Assembly: GCA_965248445.1 (NCBI GenBank)
Contig: CBDFJG010000004.1
Location: 1,632,001 to 1,696,000 of the forward strand
Length of the DNA stretch: 64,000 nt
Reading direction: 5' to 3'
Origin: Planctomycetota bacterium
GTDB taxonomy: Bacteria; Planctomycetota; JAJSAM01; JAJVHW01
A program made the translations under genes and the position numbers. The notes under the pieces were generated by a model, which had not been told where the DNA came from, ran no database searches, and saw nothing but the letters and a program-made list of their open reading frames with translations. Shown one piece after another: positions 30,633 to 38,538 of this stretch; the stretch's first letter is position 1; every line of letters begins with the position of its first letter.

Positions 30633-30732
30633 CGGGCCGGCGCTCCTGTCGGTGCAAGTACTAGCGAGTACGAGCACTTAGACAGACGACGGCCCGCTCA
30701 GATTCCCGGCTGGTGAACGATTCGGGCTAGCC

Positions 30733-30761
30733 TTGCGGCTGCTCCGCACAAGTGATAACCT
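30733..30761 (+). promoter_or_regulatory. Putative sigma70 promoter for the 30829 gene
   Basis: TTGCGG-N17-TAACCT with an extended -10 TG. Confidence 0.5.
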
Positions 30762-30828
30762 TTCCCTTGTCTAGACACCGCCTGGGCACCCGTTCAGGCA
30801 CACGCGATCCCACGTGGGAGATACAAGC

Positions 30829-31482
30829 ATGACGAGCAATAGCTTTGTTGTGGCTGCGACTCTCGGAAGCCTGCTGATGCTCGGCGGCCTTTCGTACGTC
30901 CAGCCTTCATCTGCTGGTTGAGGTCCTCCGTTCGCCTGCGGTGCAGGCACGAAGACCTTGGAAGTTGCCTGGGACTCGGGACTCCCGACTCCTGGTGAGG
31001 TCGAAGCCGCCATTACCGGTGTGCTCGCGTCCGAGACGGTTGGAGACGAGGAAGAAGAGGCGGAGTGGACGGTCGAAGAGCTGACCGACGCGAAGCCGAC
31101 GTTCCTCTACTACTACCGGAACAACAACACCGACCGGAACATGCACGAGGACGAGTACGAGTTCTCGCGTCGCTTCGAGATGGGCCTTCAGGAGAAGACC
31201 ATCACGCGCCTCAACGAGAAGTGGCGTGCGAAGAAGCTGCCCATCGACATGGATGTGGAGCTGAAGAAGCGTGAAGAGATGACCCGCATCGAGCTTTGGT
31301 CTGCCATGGAGACCAAGATGAAGGCGCTGACGATCAAGAAGAACGATCAGAAGCTCCTGGGCGCGGGCCCGCTCATGCGCATCCTTCGCAAGTACGAGAA
31401 GGTGAACAAGAATCTCTGCAAGAAGGAGATCAAGCGCCTCGAGAAGATCCAGAAGGACCTCGAGAAGAGCGCCTCGAAGTAA
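30829..31482 (+). CDS. Secreted putative selenoprotein (Sec31), possibly a thioredoxin-like fold lacking CxxC
   Basis: GGGAG RBS + ATG 30829; signal peptide MTSNSFVVAATLGSLLMLGGLSYVQPSSA, then G-TGA(30919-30921)-GPPFACGAGTKT, continuing in frame into ORF 30958-31482; SECIS-like hairpin directly after the UGA. Confidence 0.75.
30922..30957 (+). promoter_or_regulatory. Putative bacterial SECIS element
   Basis: GGTCCTCCGTTC-GCCTGC-GGT-GCAGGC-ACGAAGACC: 6-bp apical stem, loop starting with G 18 nt after the UGA, lower stem GGTC/GACC. Confidence 0.7.
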
Positions 31483-31498
31483 GTAGGCCGCTTACGAG

Positions 31499-31533
31499 AA
31501 CAACGGCCGGTCGCCCTGCGACTGGCCGTTGTT
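31499..31533 (+). terminator. Intrinsic terminator-like hairpin
   Basis: AACAACGGCCGGTCGC-CCT-GCGACTGGCCGTTGTT between convergent genes. Confidence 0.7.
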
Positions 31534-31688
31534 GATTCCTGCCTGGCGCTCTTCTCGTTGCTGTTTGATCCGTCTGCTGACGAGACGGCACCTGGCCGGT
31601 CGATCAGGCGCCGAGGCGCGGATCCGCACGGCTCATCCGCTTCCGTGCGCTGCCGCCGCGCCCGCCCGCGGACGTAGGGAGACGGCGC

Positions 31689-33085
31689 CTACTCGCTGGC
31701 GCGGTCGTCGTCGGCTTCCGGCTCGGCGGCCAGCAGGAGGCGACCGGCCGCCCGGCCCATGTGCCTCGCCACGATGGGGGACATGTCTTCGCCGGCCCGT
31801 GCCAGGGTCAGGGCCAGTTCGAGGCGGGTGGTGCCCGCCGTGAGACCGCCCGCGCGCTCGACCGACACGACGTAACTGCGCGGGAGGTTCAGCGTCCGGA
31901 GTGCCGCCTCGGGATCGTCCAGCCGCTCTCGATGGGCCGAGCGGGCGCGGCGGAGCAGATCCGGTAGCGCCTCGGCGGCATGGACGGCGCTGTCCTCGCA
32001 CGCGCCGAAGAGCGCGTCTTTGCCCGCGGTGCGTGAGAGCACGACGCGGTCGCCCGGATCGGCGACGCACACCACCGTCGCATGCGGCGGGCGCAGCGCG
32101 GGCGCCGACCACAACGCGAGCTCGTCTTTCTCGGTGACCGCCACGCCGACAACCACGCACGGCACCATCGGCGGCTTGCAGCCGCCGATGGCGTCGCCCA
32201 GCGCGAAGCGCGCTTCGACCTGATCGAATGTCGGCAGCGCGAAGCCCTCGTCGAAGACTGGCTCCGCGGACTGCGCGCCGCGGAGCGCGTCGATGGCCGC
32301 CTCGAACAGCGGTCGGTCGCCGCGGAAGCCCTCACCGTCCGCCGTCGCGAGAAACCGTTCGAGTCCCTCCGGTCCAGGCGTGAGTTCGCGCACGCCGCCT
32401 GCGGCGGCCGGCACGCCAGCCGTCGCGTCGGTTACGAGTTCACGCAGCCGGTCGAATGGTTCTCCCGCGGGGAGCCGCGCTGCCCTGCCGCGCAGCCTCG
32501 ACGCCACGCTGTGACGGAGCGAACGGTGCTCGTCGTCACCCACGATGCGCGTGCCGGGCGCGAGGGTTTGAAGCGCGCGATACTCGATCGCCACGAACGC
32601 GGCGCGACGCAGTGCGTCTCGCTGCATCGCGGCATCGTCGACTTCGGCCTGCTTACGCCCATGGCTCCATTCGATCCACTGCTGGATCACTCCCTGCGGG
32701 TCGACCAGCGCGCTGGCGTGTTCTCCACGAAACGACGGCTTGAGATCGGCTACGCGGATGAGCTCGATCACGAGTTGCCTGCCGTCGCGGTCATATCGCC
32801 AGACTCGTGGGCCGGGTGCGAGCTCGATCGCCTGCGGCTCGCGCTCATCGTCCAAGAGCCGATGCGCCGGCGGGATCACGTGGTCGGCCAACGGGCCAAC
32901 GCCGGGAGCGCTGCGGCGATGGCGTCCAGACCGTCCCAGGTGGTGGCGATGAGGAGGTGTACCTCGTCAGCCACCGCAGTGGGGCGCGTACGCATGCGCG
33001 CGACGCCCGATACCCGCGGATCACCAGCCAGATGATCGAGCAGCGGACGCAGCGCCTCGTCCGAGAACGGTGCGTCCGCGCTCAT
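31689..33085 (-). CDS. Hypothetical protein, apparently frameshifted near 32890-32900
   Basis: ORFs 32876-33085 and 31689-32891 overlap and read as N- and C-parts of one gene directly downstream of the M48 peptidase. Confidence 0.55.
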
Positions 33086-33089
33086 GCGA

Positions 33090-34025
33090 CTAACGGCGGC
33101 GGCGACGTGGAGTGTTGCGCCGCGTCCGAGTCGGCTGCCGCGCAGGCGCCGTCAGCGTGTTGCCCTGTGGCTGCTGCTGCTTCGCCTTCGGCGGCGACTT
33201 CGGGATCGGCGGCAAGCGGTAGTTCTGCGCCTTCTGCGAGCGCTCGTACGTCTGCATTGCCTCGGGCATCCACTGCTGCATGTTGGCGATGCGATTCAGC
33301 GGGTCGGGGTGCGTGGAGAGGATCTGTGGCGGGCGCTTGCCCTCGCTCTCCCGCGCCATGTTCTCCCACACGCGCACCGCGGCGCGCGGGTCGTAGCCGG
33401 CGCGGGCGGCGAGCATGAGGCCCAGCCGGTCCGCCTCGGTCTCGTTCGAGCGGGAGAACGGCAGAAGGAACCCGACCTGCGTCCCGAGGCCGAGTGCGGC
33501 CATCGTGTAATTCGCGTACTGGCCGCCCTGCGTGAGCGCCGACGCGATCTGCATGCCCACGTTCGCAGCCATGCCCTGGCTCACGCGCTCGCCACCGTGG
33601 CGCAACAGCGCGTGGCAGACCTCGTGGCCCATCACCATCGCCATCCCCGCCTCGTCCTCGAGCACCGGGTAGATGCCGGTGTAGAAGCCGATCTTGCCGC
33701 CGGGGAGGCACCATGCGTTCACCGACTCGCTGTCGTCGATGACGCGGAACTCCCACTCGTAGGGCCCCTGGCCCTCTTCCGCGCGCATCTGGTCGGCGAT
33801 GGCCGCGATCCGCGCGCCCACCCGCCGCACGGGTGCGTTCAGAGTCGCGTCGCCGGTGACGCGCTCCTGCGACGTGACCTGGCTGAACGCCTCCGCGCCG
33901 AGACGCAGCTCGTCGCTCTCGCTGATCAGCAGGAACTGGCTGCGATTGGTGTAGGGGTTCGTCTTGCAGGCCGCGAGCGGCAGCGCCAGCGTGGCGGCGA
34001 GAACGAGAGTGGCGAGATGTCGCAT
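33090..34025 (-). CDS. M48-family zinc metallopeptidase, lipoprotein
   Basis: LAAC lipobox, CKTNPYTNRSQ, VNAWCLPGGKIGFYTG, HEVCH, PFSRSNETEADRLG, LSTHP. Confidence 0.93.
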   Translation of the reverse strand: MRHLATLVLAATLALPLAACKTNPYTNRSQFLLISESDELRLGAEAFSQVTSQERVTGDATLNAPVRRVGARIAAIADQMRAEEGQGPYEWEFRVIDDSESVNAWCLPGGKIGFYTGIYPVLEDEAGMAMVMGHEVCHALLRHGGERVSQGMAANVGMQIASALTQGGQYANYTMAALGLGTQVGFLLPFSRSNETEADRLGLMLAARAGYDPRAAVRVWENMARESEGKRPPQILSTHPDPLNRIANMQQWMPEAMQTYERSQKAQNYRLPPIPKSPPKAKQQQPQGNTLTAPARQPTRTRRNTPRRRRR

Positions 34026-34154
34026 GAGGGACCTCCAGGGCTGGTCGACCCCGCCAGGCCGATGAACCACACATGCTATCCGCCTCCCCGCGTTCGAGCC
34101 TCGCAGTGGGCGACCGGCCCCGGAACTGCAGTGTCGAGGTGTTCGAACTTCGCG

Positions 34155-34176
34155 TGGTAGGCGAGCTGGGACTCGA
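34155..34176 (-). repeat. 22-bp duplication of the tRNA-Leu 3' end (att-like)
   Basis: TGGTAGGCGAGCTGGGACTCGA is identical to 34255-34276, 100 bp away. Confidence 0.85.
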
Positions 34177-34254
34177 CACGAAGCGCTGAAGGCGCGTAGG
34201 GCGACGTCGTTCGAGAAGCAGTTCCGAAGAGGGCCAGGACTCACGAACTGCCAG

Positions 34255-34343
34255 TGGTAGGCGAGCTGGGACTCGAACCCAGATACCGCTTGCGCGGCGG
34301 GGGATTTTAAGTCCCCTGCGTATGCCAATTCCGCCACTCGCCC
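34255..34343 (-). tRNA. tRNA-Leu(TAA)
   Basis: GGGCGAGTGGCGGAATTGGCATACGCAGGGGACTTAAAATCCCCCGCCGCGCAAGCGGTATCTGGGTTCGAGTCCCAGCTCGCCTACCA: long variable arm, TAA anticodon, encoded CCA. Confidence 0.93.
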
Positions 34344-34496
34344 ACGTGTTGTCAGCCAAGGACTTACGGCGTTCGTCAGGTGCACCCGCGGGCGCGCGGG
34401 CGCGCGGCTACTTCCCTGGGTACTTATCGCCCTCGATCTCGGCACGCAGCGGTGCAGAGGCTATCCGTGCCACCGGGCGAGTCCGAGTCCGTTCGC
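34344..34496 (-). repeat. tRNA upstream module, copy 2
   Basis: Aligns with 3634-3779, with one 8-bp insertion, one 1-bp indel and scattered substitutions. Confidence 0.9.
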
Positions 34497-34505
34497 CCCT
34501 CAGTC

Positions 34506-34874
34506 CTAGCGGGGAGCGATCACCCCGAGGGAGGAGTCGCGGGCGAGAATGCGTTGACGCGTGCCGCCATCGCCCGTCCGCGACACCGTGTGCTCGATGC
34601 GGCAGTCTGTCTTCTGGAGCCGAAACGCGATCATCAAGTTCGCTTGAAGGTCGGTACTCTTCCGAATGCGCGACTGTAGCTCGCGAAGCGTCTCGTTCTC
34701 TGACTCACGCCCGTCTTGACCGAAGGGGGACTCAGGCCTGCCGAGTGCGAAGTCACAGTTCCAACGCCACTCCGGCCACGCCACCATCGCCACCAGGGCG
34801 ACCACCAGCACCGCACGAAGCGGCACGCTGACGATGCGACGACTCCATCTCCTCGGCCTACGCGGTGGCTGCAT
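34506..34874 (-). CDS. Small membrane protein, conserved-ends family member F2
   Basis: TAGACT-GTCCCC-ATG; MQPPRRPRRWS...VLVVALVAMVAWPE...RDSSLGVIAPR. Confidence 0.7.
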   Translation of the reverse strand: MQPPRRPRRWSRRIVSVPLRAVLVVALVAMVAWPEWRWNCDFALGRPESPFGQDGRESENETLRELQSRIRKSTDLQANLMIAFRLQKTDCRIEHTVSRTGDGGTRQRILARDSSLGVIAPR

Positions 34875-34919
34875 GGGGACAGTCTACGCGGCTCGACATT
34901 CCCGCAGCGGAGCGGCCCC

Positions 34920-35066
34920 TCAGTCCCCGCCGGGCAGGATCACGTCGAAGGACGAGTGGCGCTCGACGTCGGCCCCGGCCACCCACTTCGGGCGATAAGT
35001 ACGTGTCCAGAGAATCGAGATGGAACTCCCGAAGTGCGGCTTCGGGTTCGTCCTGGGCGGTGGCGG
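34920..35066 (-). pseudogene. C-terminal half of family member F3 (split by IS3)
   Basis: …PPRTNPKPHFGSSISILWTRTYRPKWVAGADVERHSSFDVILPGGD*; the end matches the family C-terminus RDSSLGVIAPRGE. Confidence 0.7.
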
Positions 35067-35139
35067 CCCCTCTGTGCCAACGTGGCTGAGACACCGACCC
35101 CACGGATGATTACTGTGCAGGGCGGTGGAGGAACCAGCG

Positions 35140-35643
35140 ATGACGAACAACCACAACACAGCGCCGGGGGAGATCCCGGAGCCGAGGGAGGGCGAGCATA
35201 GCGAGCGCGATCGAGGCGGAGGGGGCTCCCCCGGGGCGCGCGGCCCGGGGGACGTTGGGGTGCGCGACCCCGAGGTCGTGCCGCGCGCCTCGCGGCGGCG
35301 CTTTGGCGCCGCGTACAAGCTACGGATCATCGAGGCGGCGGACGCGTGCACGAAGCCCGGCGAGATCGGCGCTCTCTTGCGCCGTGAGGGGCTGTACTCC
35401 TCGCACTTGTTGACGTGGCGGCGCGCGCGGGACCAGGGCCAGCTCGAGGCGCTCTCGCCCAAGCGGCGTGGTCCCAAGCCCGATCCGGACCGTGCGCTCA
35501 AGAAGCGCAACGAGCAGCTCGAGCGCGAAGTCGCCCGTCTCGAGAAGCGGCTCGAGACGGCCGAGGTGATCATCGACGTGCAGCGAAAAGTCTCACGGCT
35601 GCTGGGCATCGAGATGCCCGAGACGAGCGGGAGCGACACGTGA
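35140..35643 (+). CDS. IS3-family OrfA (HTH)
   Basis: RRRFGAAYKLRII, GALLRREGLYSSHLLTWR; ATG after GGAGG. Confidence 0.9.
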   Translation: MTNNHNTAPGEIPEPREGEHSERDRGGGGSPGARGPGDVGVRDPEVVPRASRRRFGAAYKLRIIEAADACTKPGEIGALLRREGLYSSHLLTWRRARDQGQLEALSPKRRGPKPDPDRALKKRNEQLEREVARLEKRLETAEVIIDVQRKVSRLLGIEMPETSGSDT

Positions 35644-36668
35644 TTGCGGCGGAGGAGCTGGGGGGACGCGTGGGCGTCGCCCCCGCGTGCCGCGCGCTCG
35701 GAGTCACGCGCGCCACGCTCTATCGGCGCCGAACGGCACGCACGTGCCCCCGGCCCCAGCAGCCGCGCCGGCGCTCGCCGCGCGCCCTCACGATCGACGA
35801 GCGTCTTACCGTACTCGCGGTGCTGAGCGAGGAGCGCTTCTGCGATCTGTCACCGCTTGCGGCGTGGGCGATCCTGCTCGACGAGGGACGCTACCTGTGC
35901 TCGGTGCGCACGATGTACCGCATCCTCGGTGCGGCTGGTGCTGTGCGTGAGCGCCGCAACCAGCTGCGTCATCCCGCGTACAAGAAGCCCGAGCTCCTCG
36001 CGACCTCCCCGAACCAGGTCTGGAGCTGGGACATCACCAAGCTCCGCGGCCCGGTGAAGTGGAGCTACTTCTATCTCTACGTCGTGCTCGACATCTACTC
36101 CCGCAACGTCGTGGGCTGGATGCTGGCGGACTGCGAGAGCGGTGCGCTGGCGACGGCACTCATCGAGCAGTCCTGCGAGAAGCAGGGGATCGCGGCGGAG
36201 CAGCTCACGATCCACTCCGATCGGGGGCCGCCGATGATCAGCAAGCCGGTGGCCTTTCTGCTCGCCGATCTCGGCGTGACGAAGTCGCACAGCCGGCCGT
36301 ACACGTCGAATGACAATCCGTTTTCCGAGAGCCAATTCCGCACGCTGAAGTACCGGCCGGACTTCCCAGCGCGCTTCGGCTGCATCGAGGACGCGCGGGC
36401 GCACTGCCGCGCCTTTTTCCACTGGTACAACCGCGAGCATCGTCACTCGAGTCTCGGGCTGCTGACGCCCGAGACCGTGCACTACGGCCGCGCCGAAGCG
36501 GCCGTCGCCGCGCGCTCGGTCGTGCTCGATGCCGCGTACGCGGCGCATCCCGAGCGCTTCGTGCGCCGTGCGCCGACGCCGCCGGCTCTGCCGACCGAGA
36601 CGTGGATCAACCCGCCGGCCCGGGAACTCGCGGCGCTGGAGACTGCGACACAGGAGGCTGCTCACTAA
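35640..36668 (+). CDS. IS3-family OrfB (DDE integrase core)
   Basis: GTGA overlap with OrfA; PNQVWSWDITKL, IHSDRG, SNDNPFSESQFRTLKY. Confidence 0.92.
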   Translation: MIAAEELGGRVGVAPACRALGVTRATLYRRRTARTCPRPQQPRRRSPRALTIDERLTVLAVLSEERFCDLSPLAAWAILLDEGRYLCSVRTMYRILGAAGAVRERRNQLRHPAYKKPELLATSPNQVWSWDITKLRGPVKWSYFYLYVVLDIYSRNVVGWMLADCESGALATALIEQSCEKQGIAAEQLTIHSDRGPPMISKPVAFLLADLGVTKSHSRPYTSNDNPFSESQFRTLKYRPDFPARFGCIEDARAHCRAFFHWYNREHRHSSLGLLTPETVHYGRAEAAVAARSVVLDAAYAAHPERFVRRAPTPPALPTETWINPPARELAALETATQEAAH

Positions 36669-36753
36669 ACTCGAAGACGCGGTGTCTCAAAGTCGTTGAC
36701 ACGTCCCGGTCGCCCGTCCCGGCGGGGTGCGACGTTCCGCTTACAGTGTCGCC

Positions 36754-36895
36754 ATGCAGCCACCCCGCCGCCCGCGCCGCTGGAGCCCTCGCGCGTTCGG
36801 TGTCGTCGTCCGCGTGGTGCTGATCGTCGCCCTCGTGGCGATGGTGGCGTGGCCGGAGGTTCACTACTTCCTGGGCCCCCGCGTGTCTCGACCGC
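36754..36895 (+). pseudogene. N-terminal half of family member F3 (inverted between the IS3 copies)
   Basis: TACAGT-GTCGCC-ATG; MQPPRRPRRWSPRAFGVVVRVVLIVALVAMVAWPEVHYFLGPRVSRP, cut by IS3. Confidence 0.75.
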
Positions 36896-36936
36896 CCGGG
36901 ACGTGTCAACGACTTTGAGACACCGCGTCTTCGAGT

Positions 36937-37965
36937 TTAGTGAGCAGCCTCCTGTGTCGCAGTCTCCAGCGCCGCGAGTTCCCGGGCCGGCGGGTTGATC
37001 CACGTCTCGGTCGGCAGAGCCGGCGGCGTCGGCGCACGGCGCACGAAGCGCTCGGGATGCGCCGCGTACGCGGCATCGAGCACGACCGAGCGCGCGGCGA
37101 CGGCCGCTTCGGCGCGGCCGTAGTGCACGGTCTCGGGCGTCAGCAGCCCGAGACTCGAGTGACGATGCTCGCGGTTGTACCAGTGGAAAAAGGCGCGGCA
37201 GTGCGCCCGCGCGTCCTCGATGCAGCCGAAGCGCGCTGGGAAGTCCGGCCGGTACTTCAGCGTGCGGAATTGGCTCTCGGAAAACGGATTGTCATTCGAC
37301 GTGTACGGCCGGCTGTGCGACTTCGTCACGCCGAGATCGGCGAGCAGAAAGGCCACCGGCTTGCTGATCATCGGCGGCCCCCGATCGGAGTGGATCGTGA
37401 GCTGCTCCGCCGCGATCCCCTGCTTCTCGCAGGACTGCTCGATGAGTGCCGTCGCCAGCGCACCGCTCTCGCAGTCCGCCAGCATCCAGCCCACGACGTT
37501 GCGGGAGTAGATGTCGAGCACGACGTAGAGATAGAAGTAGCTCCACTTCACCGGGCCGCGGAGCTTGGTGATGTCCCAGCTCCAGACCTGGTTCGGGGAG
37601 GTCGCGAGGAGCTCGGGCTTCTTGTACGCGGGATGACGCAGCTGGTTGCGGCGCTCACGCACAGCACCAGCCGCACCGAGGATGCGGTACATCGTGCGCA
37701 CCGAGCACAGGTAGCGTCCCTCGTCGAGCAGGATCGCCCACGCCGCAAGCGGTGACAGATCGCAGAAGCGCTCCTCGCTCAGCACCGCGAGTACGGTAAG
37801 ACGCTCGTCGATCGTGAGGGCGCGCGGCGAGCGCCGGCGCGGCTGCTGGGGCCGGGGGCACGTGCGTGCCGTTCGGCGCCGATAGAGCGTGGCGCGCGTG
37901 ACTCCGAGCGCGCGGCACGCGGGGGCGACGCCCACGCGTCCCCCCAGCTCCTCCGCCGCAATCAC
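36937..37965 (-). CDS. IS3-family OrfB
   Basis: Same protein as 35640-36668. Confidence 0.92.
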   Translation of the reverse strand: MIAAEELGGRVGVAPACRALGVTRATLYRRRTARTCPRPQQPRRRSPRALTIDERLTVLAVLSEERFCDLSPLAAWAILLDEGRYLCSVRTMYRILGAAGAVRERRNQLRHPAYKKPELLATSPNQVWSWDITKLRGPVKWSYFYLYVVLDIYSRNVVGWMLADCESGALATALIEQSCEKQGIAAEQLTIHSDRGPPMISKPVAFLLADLGVTKSHSRPYTSNDNPFSESQFRTLKYRPDFPARFGCIEDARAHCRAFFHWYNREHRHSSLGLLTPETVHYGRAEAAVAARSVVLDAAYAAHPERFVRRAPTPPALPTETWINPPARELAALETATQEAAH

Positions 37966-38465
37966 GTGTCGCTCCCGCTCGTCTCGGGCATCTCGATGCC
38001 CAGCAGCCGTGAGACTTTTCGCTGCACGTCGATGATCACCTCGGCCGTCTCGAGCCGCTTCTCGAGACGGGCGACTTCGCGCTCGAGCTGCTCGTTGCGC
38101 TTCTTGAGCGCACGGTCCGGATCGGGCTTGGGACCACGCCGCTTGGGCGAGAGCGCCTCGAGCTGGCCCTGGTCCCGCGCGCGCCGCCACGTCAACAAGT
38201 GCGAGGAGTACAGCCCCTCACGGCGCAAGAGAGCGCCGATCTCGCCGGGCTTCGTGCACGCGTCCGCCGCCTCGATGATCCGTAGCTTGTACGCGGCGCC
38301 AAAGCGCCGCCGCGAGGCGCGCGGCACGACCTCGGGGTCGCGCACCCCAACGTCCCCCGGGCCGCGCGCCCCGGGGGAGCCCCCTCCGCCTCGATCGCGC
38401 TCGCTATGCTCGCCCTCCCTCGGCTCCGGGATCTCCCCCGGCGCTGTGTTGTGGTTGTTCGTCAT
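37962..38465 (-). CDS. IS3-family OrfA
   Basis: Same protein as 35140-35643. Confidence 0.9.
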   Translation of the reverse strand: MTNNHNTAPGEIPEPREGEHSERDRGGGGSPGARGPGDVGVRDPEVVPRASRRRFGAAYKLRIIEAADACTKPGEIGALLRREGLYSSHLLTWRRARDQGQLEALSPKRRGPKPDPDRALKKRNEQLEREVARLEKRLETAEVIIDVQRKVSRLLGIEMPETSGSDT

Positions 38466-38538
38466 CGCTGGTTCCTCCACCGCCCTGCACAGTAATCATC
38501 CGTGGGGTCGGTGTCTCAGCCACGTTGGCACAGAGGGG

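Larger units (their letters stand above)
27451..30726 (-). mobile_element. IS1380-family element in head-to-tail tandem (1607-bp duplication)
   Basis: Ends CCGCATCTGTTCACGAG / CCCGAATCGTTCACCAG; CTAG on both outer flanks (27447-27450, 30727-30730); internal junction at CTAG 29054-29057. Confidence 0.92.
35067..36709 (+). mobile_element. IS3-family element, copy 1 of an inverted pair
   Basis: 1643 bp matching 36896-38538 in reverse complement; subterminal IR TGTGCCAACGTGGCTGAGACACC / GGTGTCTCAAAGTCGTTGACACG. Confidence 0.9.
36896..38538 (-). mobile_element. IS3-family element, copy 2 of the inverted pair
   Basis: Reverse complement of 35067-36709. Confidence 0.9.

Noticed and set aside
24908..36895. 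Integron or diversity-generating retroelement as the explanation for the cassette family
   Set aside because: No integron integrase, attC-like GTTRRRY/RYYYAAC palindromes, reverse transcriptase or adenine-specific TR/VR pair is visible in this window.
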